This document shows, piece after piece, positions 1 through 12,424 of a stretch of 64,000 nt of DNA. A program made the translations under genes and the position numbers. The notes under the pieces are model-generated. The model was not told the DNA's origin. It made no database searches and saw only the letters and a program-made list of their open reading frames with translations. Origin of the DNA: Chiloscyllium plagiosum (lineage: Eukaryota); the NCBI RefSeq assembly GCF_004010195.1, contig NC_057728.1, forward strand, positions 54,405,378-54,469,377, in the 5' to 3' direction. Each line of letters starts with the position of its first letter. Position 1 is the first letter of the stretch.

Positions 1-20
1 AGTCAGGATAGTAAATAGAT

Positions 21-304
21 TAGATTACCTACAGTGTGAAAACAGGCCCTTTGGCCCAATAAGTCCACACCAACCCTCCAAAGAATAACCCACCCAGACC
101 CATTTCCATCGAACTAATGTACCTAACACAATGGGCAATTTAGAACAGCCAATTCACCTTACCAGCACATCTTTAGACTGTGGGAGGAAACCAGAAGGAA
201 ACCCATACAGACACAGGGAGAATGTGCAAACTCCACACAGTCAGCTGAAATTGAACCTGGGTCCCTGGTGCTGTGAGACAGCAGTGTTAACCACTGAGCC
301 ACCC
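21..304 (-). mobile_element. HE1-type tRNA-derived V-SINE
   Basis: Reverse complement starts GGTGGCTCAGTGGTTAACACTGCTG...GGTTCAATT (A/B boxes), has the central TGTGTGGAGTTTGCACATTCTCCC domain and a CR1-like tail; about 10 copies in the window. Confidence 0.85.
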
Positions 305-1559
305 CGAGCTTGGAGCTGAACAGGAAGGGGCTGGTGTTCCCATGTATCTGCTGCCCTTGTCCTTCTGGATGGGTTTGGAAGGTGCTGATGGACGAGACTT
401 GATGAGTTGTCCTCAGATTTCTCGACGTGGCTCGATGTCAAATTTTGTTCCCAAGAAGTGCTTGGAGGCATTTTGCACTGAGAAGGCGCTATAGAAATGC
501 AAGTCATTATTGTTGCGAAAGCGAAGTTTTTGTTCGCACCTTGGTGGGTGGCAAATGTTGAAAACCAGAACAGCTGAAAGAAAAAGAGAGAGAGAAAGCT
601 TGACCATTCCTGGGCTTTCAACACAACACACAGCTGTGAAGCTAATCCAAGTGTCTTCCCCACCCCGCGGGCAATCTCCAACTGTCCCAGGTCAGCCTGA
701 AAGGACAACTGTTTTTTTTCCAGAAAACCTTGCAGCATAACCGGGAGGTGGGAATTGCATCTGTGAGGGGGCGGGCTGCAAAAAAAAAATGTAGGAACAG
801 TTTGTAACTAAACCTGACCTGCACTAATCTTAACTCTCAACAGCTTCCGTTCCTGCTCTGTGCCAACTGCTGGAGATTTTGTGCGGGGGGGGGGGGGAGA
901 CTAACGTGATTTCCTGGCCAGCTGCAGATGAAGCGCTTTTGATTTCATTTTATAAGCCTCCCCCCCCCCACCCCATGCTATTGATGATTGATTTTAGCTT
1001 TATTCTTCTCCCTCCAATGCTGCCCCTTGAAATTGAACCTCCACCTCTTCGTTCAGTTTCACTCCAGCCTCTGCTCGTCCTTCCCCAGTTTCCTTCTCGT
1101 TTTTATCAAACTTTAACAATTCTGGCTCAGAGTCACCGGCCCCATTATCGCTCAGCGGAAACTCTGGATAGTAAAGTGGGTCTGAATTTGCGGTTACGTT
1201 TGTGAGGAACGCTTGAAGGGGAGATGGGATGGGGCGAGGAAATAACGCCACAGAAAAAGACAAAAAGTACTGAACCCCTCCCCCCACCCACTAGTCTTGC
1301 ATATTTCACATTTGCACTTTAAAGACAGTCACTCCAACCTCCAGACAGCAAGAGCCAGTTGTGATACTCAGTTACGGATGTTAAACAAAACCACTCATTG
1401 ACCTGAGGTTTTAAGCGTGCAAGTGTTTACTATTTCTCGCTCCCTGACCTCAGCAGTTTGGATGTAGCAATTAATTTCCTCACTGCCTCCCCCCAGAATA
1501 GACAGCCCAGTGTTTTACACACTTGCACGCAGTTCCTCGTTTGAATAGTGACAGAATAT

Positions 1560-1860
1560 TCATTGCAACTGCGGTACTGAGGGAGCACTGCATTATCCCA
1601 GGTGCCGGCTTTCAGATGACACATTACAACCGAAGGCCCACCTACCTGCCTGGTCTGGTGAGTGTAAAATATCCCATCATCCAAGTAGGACAGGGGAACT
1701 AACTCTAGTGTCCAGGCCAATATTTACCATTCAAGCAGCATCACAAAAATAGATCATCTAGTCATTACAAAATTGCTGTCTGTGGGATTGTTACTCTGTG
1801 TATTCTGACTGTTTCAAACGTTACAACATGGACTACATTTCAAAAGAAAGCGCTTGATAG
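1560..1860 (+). mobile_element. Deu-domain SINE (SacSINE1/AmnSINE-like), old copy
   Basis: GTACTGAGGGAGCACTGCATT...TGTCCAGGCCAATATTTA...ATTGCTGTCTGTGGGA motifs; related copies near 9720-10510, 18330-18690, 38330-38680 and 57830-58270. Confidence 0.6.
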
Positions 1861-1966
1861 ACTTCCTACAGGGAGGAAAGAGACCATTCAGCCTATCAAG
1901 CCTGTTGCTGTGAGGCAGTAGTGTTAACCACTGATCCACTATGCCACTTTGTTGACTGTGAAGTTA

Positions 1967-2272
1967 TAGAGTCATAGAGATGTACAGCTTGGAAACAGGT
2001 CGAGTCCCATTTTGCCATATCCCTCTAAACCCTCCCTATTCATCATATACCCATCCAGACATCTTTTAAATGTTGTAATTGTACCAGCCTCCACCACTTC
2101 CTCAAACAACACATTCCATACACGTACCACCCTCTGCATGGCAAAGTTTCCCCCGAGGTCCATTTTAAATTCTTCCCCTCTCACCCTAAACCTATGCCCT
2201 TTAGTTCTGGGCTCCCCTTCCCAGGGAAAAGGCTATTCACCCTATCCATGCCTCTCATAATTTTATAAACCT
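1967..2272 (-). mobile_element. HER1/CR1 LINE 3' fragment
   Basis: Encodes QRVVRVWN..EEVVEAGTITTFKR (CR1 ORF2 C-terminus) and has the CTATGACT tail. Confidence 0.9.
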
Positions 2273-3079
2273 TGTGATATGTCATGAGCATGAAACATGC
2301 TGGATAAATGCAAGTTCTTCTGTCCTTTACTGTGTGGTAATCCTCCAATTCTTAAAAGAAAGAAATTTACAGTGAACAACAGTAGAAAGAACTGCATTTA
2401 CATAGCACCTTTCACAGTCTCAGGCCACCTCAAGTCGTTTACATGTAAGGTAGAAAAGATAGTGACGTGCTCACAGTTGCTGAGGAAGTATAAGTGCTTG
2501 TCTGATTCACGTGGCTAGGTAGATTTTTTTTTACCTATTTCCCTAAAATTTCCAGTTTGATTGAAGTAAATATGCTTTATTAATCATTCAATGACAAAAG
2601 CTGGCTGTGACACGTATAACACTTTTGACTGGATTTTGGTGGTCAAATTACTCTGCTTCAACCACACCCAGGGGAGATGTTGAAGTTGTGTTTACAACAC
2701 CTCCCAGCATTGTGAAAGCTAAAGTACAGAGAGAAAGACTTGCTTTATTCAATGCTTGGTCACAGCCTCAGGATATCATTATGCAGCCATTGAAGCACTT
2801 TTGAAATGTTAGAAGGTTGAATACGGTACCCAGCTACATGTTTGCACACAGCAAGGTCCTGTCAACAGTTAAATAATATGGAAGTGAGTAAATCAGCTGT
2901 TTTAATGTTAGTGGTTGAGAGATAGCTATTGGCTATCTTATGCTCTTCATTCAAGTCACCCCTCGCTCTCCTAATGTCCAGTGAGAACAAGCTCAGTCTG
3001 TTGATGCCTGACCTGCTGTGATCTCCAGAATTTTTTGTTTACAGCTCAGTCTGCTCTCTCTTTCCCCATAAGACACGCA

Positions 3080-3590
3080 CTCATTCCGGGTATCAATCTA
3101 GAAAACCTCTTTTGAATCACTTCCAGTGTATTTGCATCTTTCCTAAATAAGGAGATCAAAACTGTTCAGTCTTTGAGAAGTGGTCTCACTAGTGCACATT
3201 ATTCCTTCAAAGAACAAAAATAAATTGGTCAAAGATGATTTTCTTTCACGAAATCATGTTGATTCTTCCACATTACCTTGCGTTTTTCAAATACCCAACT
3301 ATAACTTCTTCAGAGATCGATTCTAATCTCTTCCCACAAACAGACATCAAGCTAACTGACTTTTCATTTCCTGTTGTCTGTCTCTCACCCTTTTTGAACA
3401 GAGAGGCTTTATTTGCTACTTGGCTGTCTAAAGGTCCTTTCCAAAATCTAGGGAATTATGAAAAATTAATAGCAATGCAGTAGCAATTATGTTTAAGACT
3501 CTAAGATAACGTGCATCTGAACCTGGTGATTTGTCAGCCCAACAGCTCCCTGTTAGCTCAGTACCACTTCCCTGGAGATTGTAATTTTGC
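3080..3590 (-). mobile_element. Old CR1 LINE fragments (RT region, internally deleted)
   Basis: Degenerate similarity to the CR1 RT N-terminal region (FKKG..RQTTGNEKSVSLMSVCGKRLESI on the minus strand). Confidence 0.55.
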
Positions 3591-3603
3591 CACGTTCAAT
3601 GAA

Positions 3604-3857
3604 TTATAGAATCATAGCATCCCTACAGTGTGGACACAGGCCATTTGGCCCAACAAGTCCACACCGACGCTCCGAAGAGTATCCTACCCAGTCCTATTCC
3701 CCTACCCTATTATTCTACATTTCCCCTGACTAATGCCCCTAACTTACACATCCCTGAAAACTATGGGGCAATTTAGCTTGGCCAATTCACCTAACTTGCA
3801 TGTCTTTGGACTTTGGGAGGAAACTGGAGCACCCAGAGGAATCCCATGCAGACACAC
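3604..3857 (-). mobile_element. HE1-type SINE, 5'-truncated
   Basis: Same body and tail as 21-304. Confidence 0.8.
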
Positions 3858-5938
3858 ATTTCTTCTCTTCCTTCCTCCTCCTAATTTACAACTCTGATCA
3901 GAATATTCTTCTTTCCTATGCAGTGATCCTTTATCATTCCATCGCTTTGTGCTTTAGTTAATAGTCTCTTATGTGAAATCTTACTAAATTTGTTCAACGT
4001 TTTTTAATGGGATGTGGGCATTACAAAGCCAGGTCAACACTTGTTGCCTGCTGCTAATTGCCTCTTGAGAAGATGGCAATAAGTCATTGTCTTGGCCTGC
4101 TACAGTCCATTGGGTCCTCTAGTGCTGCAACCCCTAGAAGAGGGCTTCCAAGATTTTGACCCAGTGACAGTGGTGGAATGGGTGAAGTGATTTCCAAATC
4201 TGGATGCTGTCTGGTTTGGGAATGAACATGGAAGTAGTGGTGTTCCTCTGTATCTGCTGCTACTGCTGGGACTAAAGAGCTCTCTGAAATGGGATCTTAG
4301 CTCGAGTGAGGAGCAGAATTCCAGTCTTCGGCCAATTCATGATCTTGGAGTGGAGGAATGGGTGACATTCAGGGAAACCAGGCTTCTGAAGAGTCCAAAT
4401 CTTATGTTTCCACCCTCAAACTAGATCAAAGTTATGGGTCATAAAAATAACATGGTGACAGATGAACCCAATTGAGAATTCAGGAGAAAATTCTCTAACC
4501 AGAGAGAAGTTAAAATGTGGAGTTCCCTCCCACAGGGACTACAAGGTTAAGTCAAATTGTGTCAGTACCTTTAAATAGAAATTAAACAAGTCCATTAAGG
4601 AGAAAAGAATAGAAGGACAGGTTGATAGGATGAAATAAGGAGGTTGGGTGAAGACTTGCATGGTACATAAATACCAGCATAAGCCAATTGGGTTGATTGG
4701 CCTATGTCTTACCTTTGGGTTTTATTTAATAAATTGCAATTTTGTGACTGAAAGACAGCAATGCTAACCACTGAACCACAGGGGAGGAGATAAATAGCAG
4801 TACCATCAGGTAATCCATCACATTGTATTTTGTCTAAGCTTGTTGTGTGCAAATTGGTTGTCACGATTCCCACATTGTCTACACCTCATAATGCTCCATT
4901 GCCGATAAAGCATTTTGGAATACCTGGAGTTCAAGGCAACTGCTGTACAAGTGCACAGCTTTCTTTCTATCAGCTCCAAGTCATTCACAGTCCCAACTTG
5001 AAGAGGTTGTTATTTCCTCGTCATGTCGGAGGCAACATCTAGCCATTCTTTCCTTAAGGGAACTGATACAGAAACAAGACCAAAAACCTTTTCCATTCCA
5101 CTTATATAGGCAGTAGGCCCTATCTTGACCACATTGTGTGAGTTAAGAAAATGCTACAATTATAATCGACTCAATTTATCGGCATTTTTGATCAGTTACT
5201 TTGTACTCTCTGATTGTACTAATATCATTGCAATTACTCTGCCTGAATAGCCATAAATTTCAAAGGAGATTTAGTCCATTTGTTGTGAAAATAAATCATT
5301 TTGATCACCAAATGGATGAAACCCCGGATAACATTGTAAGAAGCAAATGTTGAAAATAAGGAAACACTTGCTATACATGTAGGGTTAAAATAGGCCTATT
5401 GAATAATCAGCTATCACAATAAGTCATTTAATCAAAATGATTACAAGGACTAGTTGAAACAGGTAGTTTTCAAAGTAATGATTTAACTTACGTCTTTTTA
5501 GAAATGTTTTATTTTTTTCTTTAAGCTTCACAACAGGTGATCCTAATTTGATAATCCACTTGCTGCATAGTGTCGAGTGTAAGTTCATGTTTTGTGATGC
5601 ACAGTTCAGGACTAAAGGCCGCAATTATGTAAGAAGTTGTCTTTTGATCAACCAGATAATCTTAACACTTGACACACCGTTAAAAAGAATCAAAGTGGAC
5701 GTTCCATCTATATTTGCTTAGCACATCTCCTGTAGATGTGAGGTTGGCCAGGCTCATTTTCTCTGCTGTCTTGAGTAATTTTCATGCAGTGTGTGTGTAG
5801 TTGCCATAAGGATTGAGCAGTATTAGATATGCACTTGTCTCTGCAGTAGCCCCTTGTCTTTAAACCAGGTAAAGGTAGGCTAAAGGCCCCTGATTAACCC
5901 AAGCCAAAACTCCAGGGCAAGGCTTCCCAAAGTGGGAG

Positions 5939-6144
5939 GCAAAAATGGCGAAAGGGAGGACTGCAAATGCTGGTGATCAGAGTCGAAAGTGTGGTGCTGG
6001 AAAAGCACAGCAGGTCAGGCAGCATCCGAGAGCAGGAAAATCTGATTCCTGATGAAGGGCTTTTGCCCGAAACGTTGGTTTTCCTGCTCCTTGGATGCTG
6101 CCTGACCTGCTATGCTTTTCCAGCACCACTCTAATCTTGATTCT
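5939..6144. mobile_element. Fold-back Penelope pLTR insertion (family 1)
   Basis: Inverted copies of GTGGTGCTGGAAAAGCACAGCAGGTCAGGCAGCATCC; 16-bp TSD CTTCCCAAAGTGGGAG at 5923-5938 and 6145-6160. Confidence 0.85.
6045..6080 (+). ncRNA. Minimal type-I hammerhead ribozyme motif (family 1)
   Basis: CTGATGA-A-GGGC-TTTT-GCCC-GAAAC-GTT. Confidence 0.7.
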
Positions 6145-6855
6145 CTTCCCAAAGTGGGAGTCAGGATTTCAAATAGTCCCAAAGTTTGAGCTTGCAGGCT
6201 CAGAGGTAGAAATAGCTACCATGCAATTCTGTTACACCCAGCCCCCTCCTCACCTCACCACCTCCAGCTCATCCACTCTCCTACCCCCTCCCCACAACAT
6301 ACACATACACCCTCACTCTCACAAGCCTTCGGTGCTTTGCCCGCGCCTGTCATCGGTTGAGTCCAATTCATTGAATGTTTTCAAGAAGGAGTTAGACATA
6401 GTTCTGAGGGCTAAAGAAATTCAAAGGTCTGGGGACAAAGTGCGAACAGGATGTTGAGTTGGAGGAACAGCCACAATCAGATCAAATGGTAGAGTAGTCC
6501 TGAAGGCCGAATGATGTATTGTGTTTCTATGCATGCAGATTCAGGTCCTTGAGATTGCTGTGCTCCAAAATGTCAAAGAGATGTCTGATCAGGTCAATGA
6601 TTATTTTTCAGAAAAGGTATTTATTTTAAGAAAGATTAGGATTTATTACTCTTTTAAAGAAAGATAAATATGTGTTATTTACTGAAAGCAGCAGAATTGT
6701 TTCATTAGGTTGCACTATGATGTTCAGTGCCTCCTTTTGAATATTGATGCATTGGCATTCAGAAAATGCAGGATGCCAATTCCTATCACTACTGGCCTTG
6801 TTACTTGGCATGACTGATTCAGGTTAAGAAGAAACCATTCCCACCATTACTTGTC

Positions 6856-7793
6856 TTTTTTTTAATAAATATTTTTATTGAAAACCTTTTTATATCTTTT
6901 ACGAAACATTTATAAAAAAGAAAAAGAATAACATCTTCAAAACAGAAGAAAAGGCAGTACAAAAAAGGCCATAACACACTACCATTGTTAATAAACAACC
7001 TACTATTCGACCAAAGCAAACACATCTACTTTACTTAAACTAAACTACAAACATATTAAATAAATACTAACTTAAACTAAATTCAAATAACTTAAATTAA
7101 ATAATATCTCACAACTTTATTCTATCTGACTCATCACACCTCCACTGAGGCTCCCATCCCTTGGAGCACCATCTACAGTACCCATATTCTCTTTCCCCCA
7201 GTCTCCTCCTCCTGGGGCTCCACAGGCACCCATACTGATTCCCATGGTTATACCACGGCCTTGATTAGTATTGCCGATAAGTCATCATCAATGTAATTTA
7301 TAAAGGGCTGCCACGCCTTGTAGAACTGTTCCGTTTTGTGGTGCACCATATTTGTGAGGTAGTCTTGGGGGAGATGTTCCATCACCAGCTTATGCCACCC
7401 CATTAGACCTAATGGTTTTTCTGGCATCCAATTCACCAGAATGTTCTTCCTCACACAGTGGGTGAGAATATTACACAACCTCTTCCCATATTCCCCCATA
7501 GAGGGCAAATTTAGCAATCCCAAAACAAGAAATACCGGATCCACGGTAATTTCAATCCCCAGGATAACCTTTAGCTCCCTTACCTTAGCATTCCAGTACC
7601 TCTGGATCTTACAACAGGACTAGTAACAGTGTGTAAGAGTGCCTATACTAATTTTACATTTGGGACACCCTGATGATACTCCTCTCTTGAACTTACCTAG
7701 CCTCTCTGGCGCCATATGAGCCTTGTGTAAGATCTTCAATTGCATGGCCTGCGCTCTGTTACATACTGAGATTTTCCTTACATTCCCCCAGAT
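6856..7793 (-). mobile_element. L1-clade LINE 3' end (ORF2 C-terminal CCHC domain, 3' UTR, A-rich tail)
   Basis: Minus-strand translation QLKILHKAHMAPERL...CPKCKISIGTLTHCY*SC..IQRYW...FYKAWQPFINY; AATAAA and A-tail near 6856-6880; in-frame stop at 7620. Confidence 0.85.
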
Positions 7794-7795
7794 GT

Positions 7796-8470
7796 CATAA
7801 GACCATAAGACATAGGAGCGGAAGTAAGGCCATTCGGCCCATCGAGTCCACTCCGCCATTTAATCATGGCTGATGGGCATTTCAACTCCACTTACCCGCA
7901 TTCTCCCCGTAGCCCTTAATTCCTTGTGACATCAAGAATTTGTCAATCTCTGCCTTGAAGACATTTAGCGTCCCAGCCTCCACTGCACTCTGTGGCAATG
8001 AATTCCACAGGCCCACCCCTCTCTGGCTGAAGAAATGTATGCCCGAAACGTCGATTCTCCTGTTCCTTGGATGCTGCCTGACCTGCTGCGCTTTTCCAGC
8101 AACACATTTTTAGCTCTTGAGATAAATGACAACATTGCATTTGCTTTCTTAATCACGGATTCAATGTGCATGTTTACCTTTAGAGAATCCTCGACTAGCA
8201 TTTCCAGATCCCTTTGTACTTTGGCTTTATGAATTTTCTCACCGTTTAGAAAGTAGTCCATGCCTGTATTCTTTTTTCCAAAGTGCAAGACCTCGCATTT
8301 GCTCACATTGAACTTCATCAGCCATTTCCTGGACCACTCTCCCAAACTGTCTAGGTCCTTCTGCAGCCTCCCCACTTCCTCAGTACTACCTGCCTGTCCA
8401 CCTAACTTCGTATCATTGGCAAGCTTCATTAGAATGCCCCCAGTCTTTTCATCCAGATCATTAATATATA
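7796..8470 (-). mobile_element. CR1 LINE fragment (CTTATG-tail family) with internal deletion
   Basis: ORF 7965-8516: YINDLDE...KLANDTKLGG...LQKDLDSLGEWSRKWLMKFNVSKCEVLHFG; (CTTATG)n tail near 7796-7815. Confidence 0.9.
8036..8112 (+). mobile_element. Penelope pLTR fragment (family 1) at a CR1 deletion junction
   Basis: GCCCGAAACGTCGATTCTCCTGTTCCTTGGATGCTGCCTGACCTGCTG. Confidence 0.75.
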
Positions 8471-8797
8471 ACATACCTCCGGTGAAATATCCATTCCTAC
8501 TCTTTTTGATTACCACTTCATTTGAAAGCAGTGAACTTATTGTAAAGCTCTATATCATCTTGTTTAGCCCTGAATCAAGGACTAGGCTCAACTCTGATTT
8601 CCATATTATAAAAAAATCATGGAAACACTTGGTGCAAAGTTGGAAATAAGGTTTACAAAGGTCATATCATAAAAGAGAGGTTATGACCATCAGGAATAAT
8701 TAAAGGAGAGGGGAATGACCCAACAGAGATCTTTAAAATGTTATGATTTGGAGATGTCGGTGTTAGACTGGAGTGTACAAAGCTGGAAGTTTTTGTT

Positions 8798-8837
8798 GCA
8801 AACGTTTCGTCCCCTGGCTAGGCGACATCATCAGCGC
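8798..8837 (-). ncRNA. Hammerhead ribozyme motif (family 4)
   Basis: Minus strand GCG-CTGATGA-T-GTCGCCT-AGCC-AGGGGAC-GAAAC-GTT-TGC; 7-bp stem II with one mismatch. Confidence 0.7.
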
Positions 8838-8840
8838 TTG

Positions 8841-8983
8841 GGAGCCTCCTGCGAAGCGCTTCTTTGATGTTTCCTCTGGTGTTTATAGTGGTCTGTCCCT
8901 GCCGCTTCCGGTTGACAACTGGCAGGGACAGACCACTATAAACACCGGAGGAAACATCAAAGAAGCGCTTCGCAGGAGGCTCC
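8841..8983. repeat. 63-bp-arm inverted repeat with 17-nt spacer
   Basis: 8841-8903 is the reverse complement of 8921-8983 with one mismatch. Confidence 0.95.
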
Positions 8984-9892
8984 TAAAATGTTATGATTTG
9001 GAGATGTCGGTGTTAGACTGGAGTTATAAATCACACAACACCAGGTTATAGTCCAACAGATGTAATTGAAAGCACTAGCTTTCGGAGCGTCGCTCCTTCA
9101 TCTGAAATCTAGTACTTCCAATTAAACCTGTTGGACAATAACATGGTGTTGTGTGATTTTTAACTTTAAAATGTTGAAAGGGTACAACAGTGTTGATGTG
9201 GAGAAGACATTTCTACTTACGGGAGATACCTTAAAAAGGGGGTCATAGATATAAATTAGTCACCATTTTTCCAAAAGAGAATGTGAGAGGTGAAAGGTAT
9301 AGAAACATTAAAGGGGAAGTATAGCTTGAAGAGGACAGGAATGGAAAAATATACAGATACTATGAGAGGAAGTAGTCAGAAGGACTCTCATGTAGAGCAG
9401 AAACATTGGATAAATGACCTGTTTCCATGCTGCAGGAATTTCTATGTGACTCTAGTATCAATGCCCCTGTTAAGCCTGAAGGCAAGTTCATTCCTTTAGC
9501 TATTGGCTTTACTGAATAGGTTTAGCTCGGTTGGCTGGATCGTTGGTTTACAGAGCAGTGTGATGCCAACAGTGTGGGCTCAATTCCCGACACAGGTTGA
9601 GGTTACCATGAAGGGCTTTCCTTCTCAACTGCTTCCCTTGCCTGAAGCCTGCAGGTTAATCACCACCAGTCACTTCTCTCTCTAATGAGAGAGCAGCACC
9701 AATGGTTGCAGCAACCTGAAGGCTCAGTGGTAAGGCTCTCAATGTCTGAGCTGCAAGGTTCTGGACTCAAGACACATTCCAGGCTTTGAGTATAAAATCA
9801 AGGCTGACATTTCCATTGTACATAACTGTACCAAGGGGAGTGCCGCATTGTTCAAGGCCTTTCAGATAAGATGTTAAAACATAGCTTCACAG

Positions 9893-10255
9893 GGAGGTGA
9901 TGGCTTAGTGGTCTTATCACTGGACTGTTAATCCTCAGACGCGAGTAATTTTCTGGGGGTCTGAGTTTGAATCCTGCCATGCAGGTAGGGAAATCTGAAT
10001 TCAGTAAAAAAAAATCTGGAATTAGAAGTCTAATGATGACTGTGAGTCCATTGCCAATTGTCAGGGGATAAAACCCATCTGGGTCACTAATGTCCTTTAA
10101 AGAAGGAAACTGCCGTCCTTACCTTGTCTGGCCTACCTGTGACTCCAGACCCACAGCAATGTGGTCAACTCTTAACTGTCCAGTGGGCCATTAGGGATGG
10201 GCAATAAATGCTGACCTAACCAGTGATGCCCTCATCCTGTGAATGAAATTATTTT
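9893..10255 (+). mobile_element. tRNA-derived SINE, second family (GAATGAA-type tail), nested in a Deu-SINE
   Basis: A/B-box head TGGCTTAGTGG...GAGTTTGAATCC; body CCCATCTGGGTCACTAATGTCCTTTA...GACTCCAGACCCACAGCAATGTGG; related copies at 13230-13510, 35035-35370 (-), 39465-40262 and 25140-25800 (-). Confidence 0.7.
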
Positions 10256-10871
10256 AAAAGTTTGGTGGATGTAAAAGGATCTACAGTAAGGAAGAGCAGG
10301 GGAGATATTCCCAGGGTCCAGGCTCACTTTCATCTCTCAATCAACATTTAAACAAGTCATTTCTTTGTTTAATTTGTGGGAGCTTGTTATATACATATTA
10401 GCGGTTTCATTTCTGACATTACAACACTTCAGAATTATTTTAGTAGCTGCAAAATGATTTGCGATGCCAGGTGGTCATGAAAAGGGCTATATAAATGTGT
10501 GCTTTGTTTTCATCTCTAGATTCTGTTGAGATATGAGCATTAGTAATATTGCTTCATGTTAATAGGTAGCTTCCTCTGTCAGTAGAGATTGAAATGGCAG
10601 AGGTCTCTTTGGGTAGCTGAAATATGTAGGACCACGAGGCTGTCCAACCAAATTTGAATCTGTTCCAAGGGAGTGAAAGTCTTCATTACCATTTACCTTA
10701 CTATTTCTGTGGGGATTGCAGCCGAGAAATAAAAAATGGGATAGGCCTCTTTAATGCTTGTAAAAATGATTAAATTTTGTGGCTAAGGTATTGGCAGATT
10801 ATTTAGTGAAAGTTTCCTAAGAAAGATAGAGCATAGATTTGGTTTGGAAGGTGCTGTCTAAGGTGAATTTT

Positions 10872-11008
10872 GTATAAAGTCAAAAGTCACTTGACACTGG
10901 AATATAGTCAACAGGTTTATGTGAAACCACAAGCTCCTTCCTCAGGTAGCGAGGTGTCATGTGATTTTTCACTTTGTCCACCCAGTTCAATACTGGCACC
11001 TCCACATA
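10872..11008. mobile_element. Degenerate fold-back pLTR (family 2-like)
   Basis: AAAAGTCACTTGACAC...CTCCTTCCTCAGG followed by the inverted GTGTCATGTGATTTTTCACTTTGT. Confidence 0.5.
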
Positions 11009-11019
11009 ATGAATTTCTT

Positions 11020-11460
11020 ATGGATCTTATAGATGGTACTCACTGCTGCTACCTGAATATTGGTGATGATGGGAGTGAATGTTTGTGGATTTGGTTCCAA
11101 ATAAGTGGGCTGCTTTTTTCTGGTGGGTATCAAGCATCCTGAGTGTTACTGAAGCTGCACTCAACCAAGTAAGGAGGAAGTATTCCATCACCCACCTGAC
11201 TTGTGCCTTGTAAATGTTAAACAGGCTTTGGAGAGTCAGGAGGTGAGTTATTTGCTGCAGTAATCCTAACATCCAATCTTCTCTTGTAGCTATTGTACTT
11301 CTATGACTAGTCCAGCTCAGTTTTTAGTCAATGGTAATCCCCAGGATGTTGATAGTAAAGAATTCAGCAACAGTCATCCATTGAATGTCAAGGAGGGGAT
11401 GGTTAGCGTTCTCTTGCTGGATGTGGACATTGCTTGGCAATTTTGTACCACTAATGTGAT
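11020..11460 (-). mobile_element. L2/CR1-group LINE RT C-terminal fragment
   Basis: LTLQSLFNIYKAQVRWVMEY...LDTHQKKAAHL; same family at 35880-36200, 32505-32770 and 61030-61440 (endonuclease-like piece). Confidence 0.7.
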
Positions 11461-11511
11461 CCTTTTACTAACCATATAGTGAATTCATATAAACATTGCT
11501 TTATCATATGA

Positions 11512-12300
11512 ATCGTAGAATCATAGAATCATAGAGATATACAGCATGGAAACAGACCCTTCGGTCCAACTCGTCCATGCCGTCCAGATATCCCAACCCA
11601 ATCTAGTTCCACCTGCCAGCACTCAGCCCATTTCCCTCCAAACCCTTCCTATTCATAGACCCATCCAGATTCCTTTTAAATGTTGTAATTATACCAGCCT
11701 CCACCACTTCCTCTGGCAACTCATTCCATATACGTATCACCCTCTGCTTGAAAAAGATGCCCCTTAGGTCTCTTTTATATCTTTCTCCTCTCACCCTAAA
11801 CCTATGCCCTCTAGTTCTGGTCTCCCCGACCCCAGGGGAAAGACTTTGTCTATTTATCCTAAGCATGCCCCTCATAATTTTATAAACCTTTATAAGGTCA
11901 CCCCTCAGCCTCCAACGCTCCAGGGAAAACAGCCCCAGCCTTTTCAACCTCTCCCTATAGCTCAAGCCCTCCAACCCTGGCAACATCCTTGTAAATCTTT
12001 TCTGAACCCTTTCAAGTTTCACAACATCCTTCTGATAGGAAGGAGACTAGAATTGCACGCAATATTCCAAAAATGGCCTAACCAATATCCTGTAAGCTGC
12101 AACATGACCTCCCAACTCCTGTACTCAATACTCTGACCAATAAAGGAAAGCATACCAAACGCCTTCTTCATTATTCTATCTACCTGTGATCATACTTTCA
12201 GGGAACTACGAACCTGCACTCCAAGGTCCCTTTGCTCAGCAACACTCCCTTGGACCTTACCATTAAGTGTATAAGTCCTGCTAAGATTTGCTTTCCCAAA
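11512..12300 (-). mobile_element. HER1/CR1 LINE 3' fragment (young)
   Basis: ORF 11603-12022 KLERVQKRFTRMLPGLEGLSYRERL...LRGDLIKVYKIMRG. Confidence 0.92.
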
Positions 12301-12424
12301 ATTGCTTTCCCAAATTGTCCAATGATTTTGATGTTCTTGCAAACGGTGTGAATGAGAATGAGAACTGCAAGGAGGATGAGCAAACTAACCAAGAAGGAAG
12401 CCTTTCAAATGGGGGAAGAGAATA

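Larger units (their letters stand above)
8743..9163. mobile_element. Compound PLE terminal-repeat insertion (family 4 inside fold-back family 2) within an old CR1
   Basis: Outer duplication CTTTAAAATGTT at 8731-8742 and 9164-9175; inner 41-bp direct repeat at 8734-8774 and 8984-9024. Confidence 0.75.

Noticed and set aside
241..1287. ORFs of 95-165 aa at the window start
   Set aside because: Partly SINE/LINE-derived or low-complexity, apparently non-ATG starts, no homology recognised
8841..8983. Hairpin as a microRNA gene
   Set aside because: Near-perfect arms from an inverted retroelement terminus; no recognisable miRNA family
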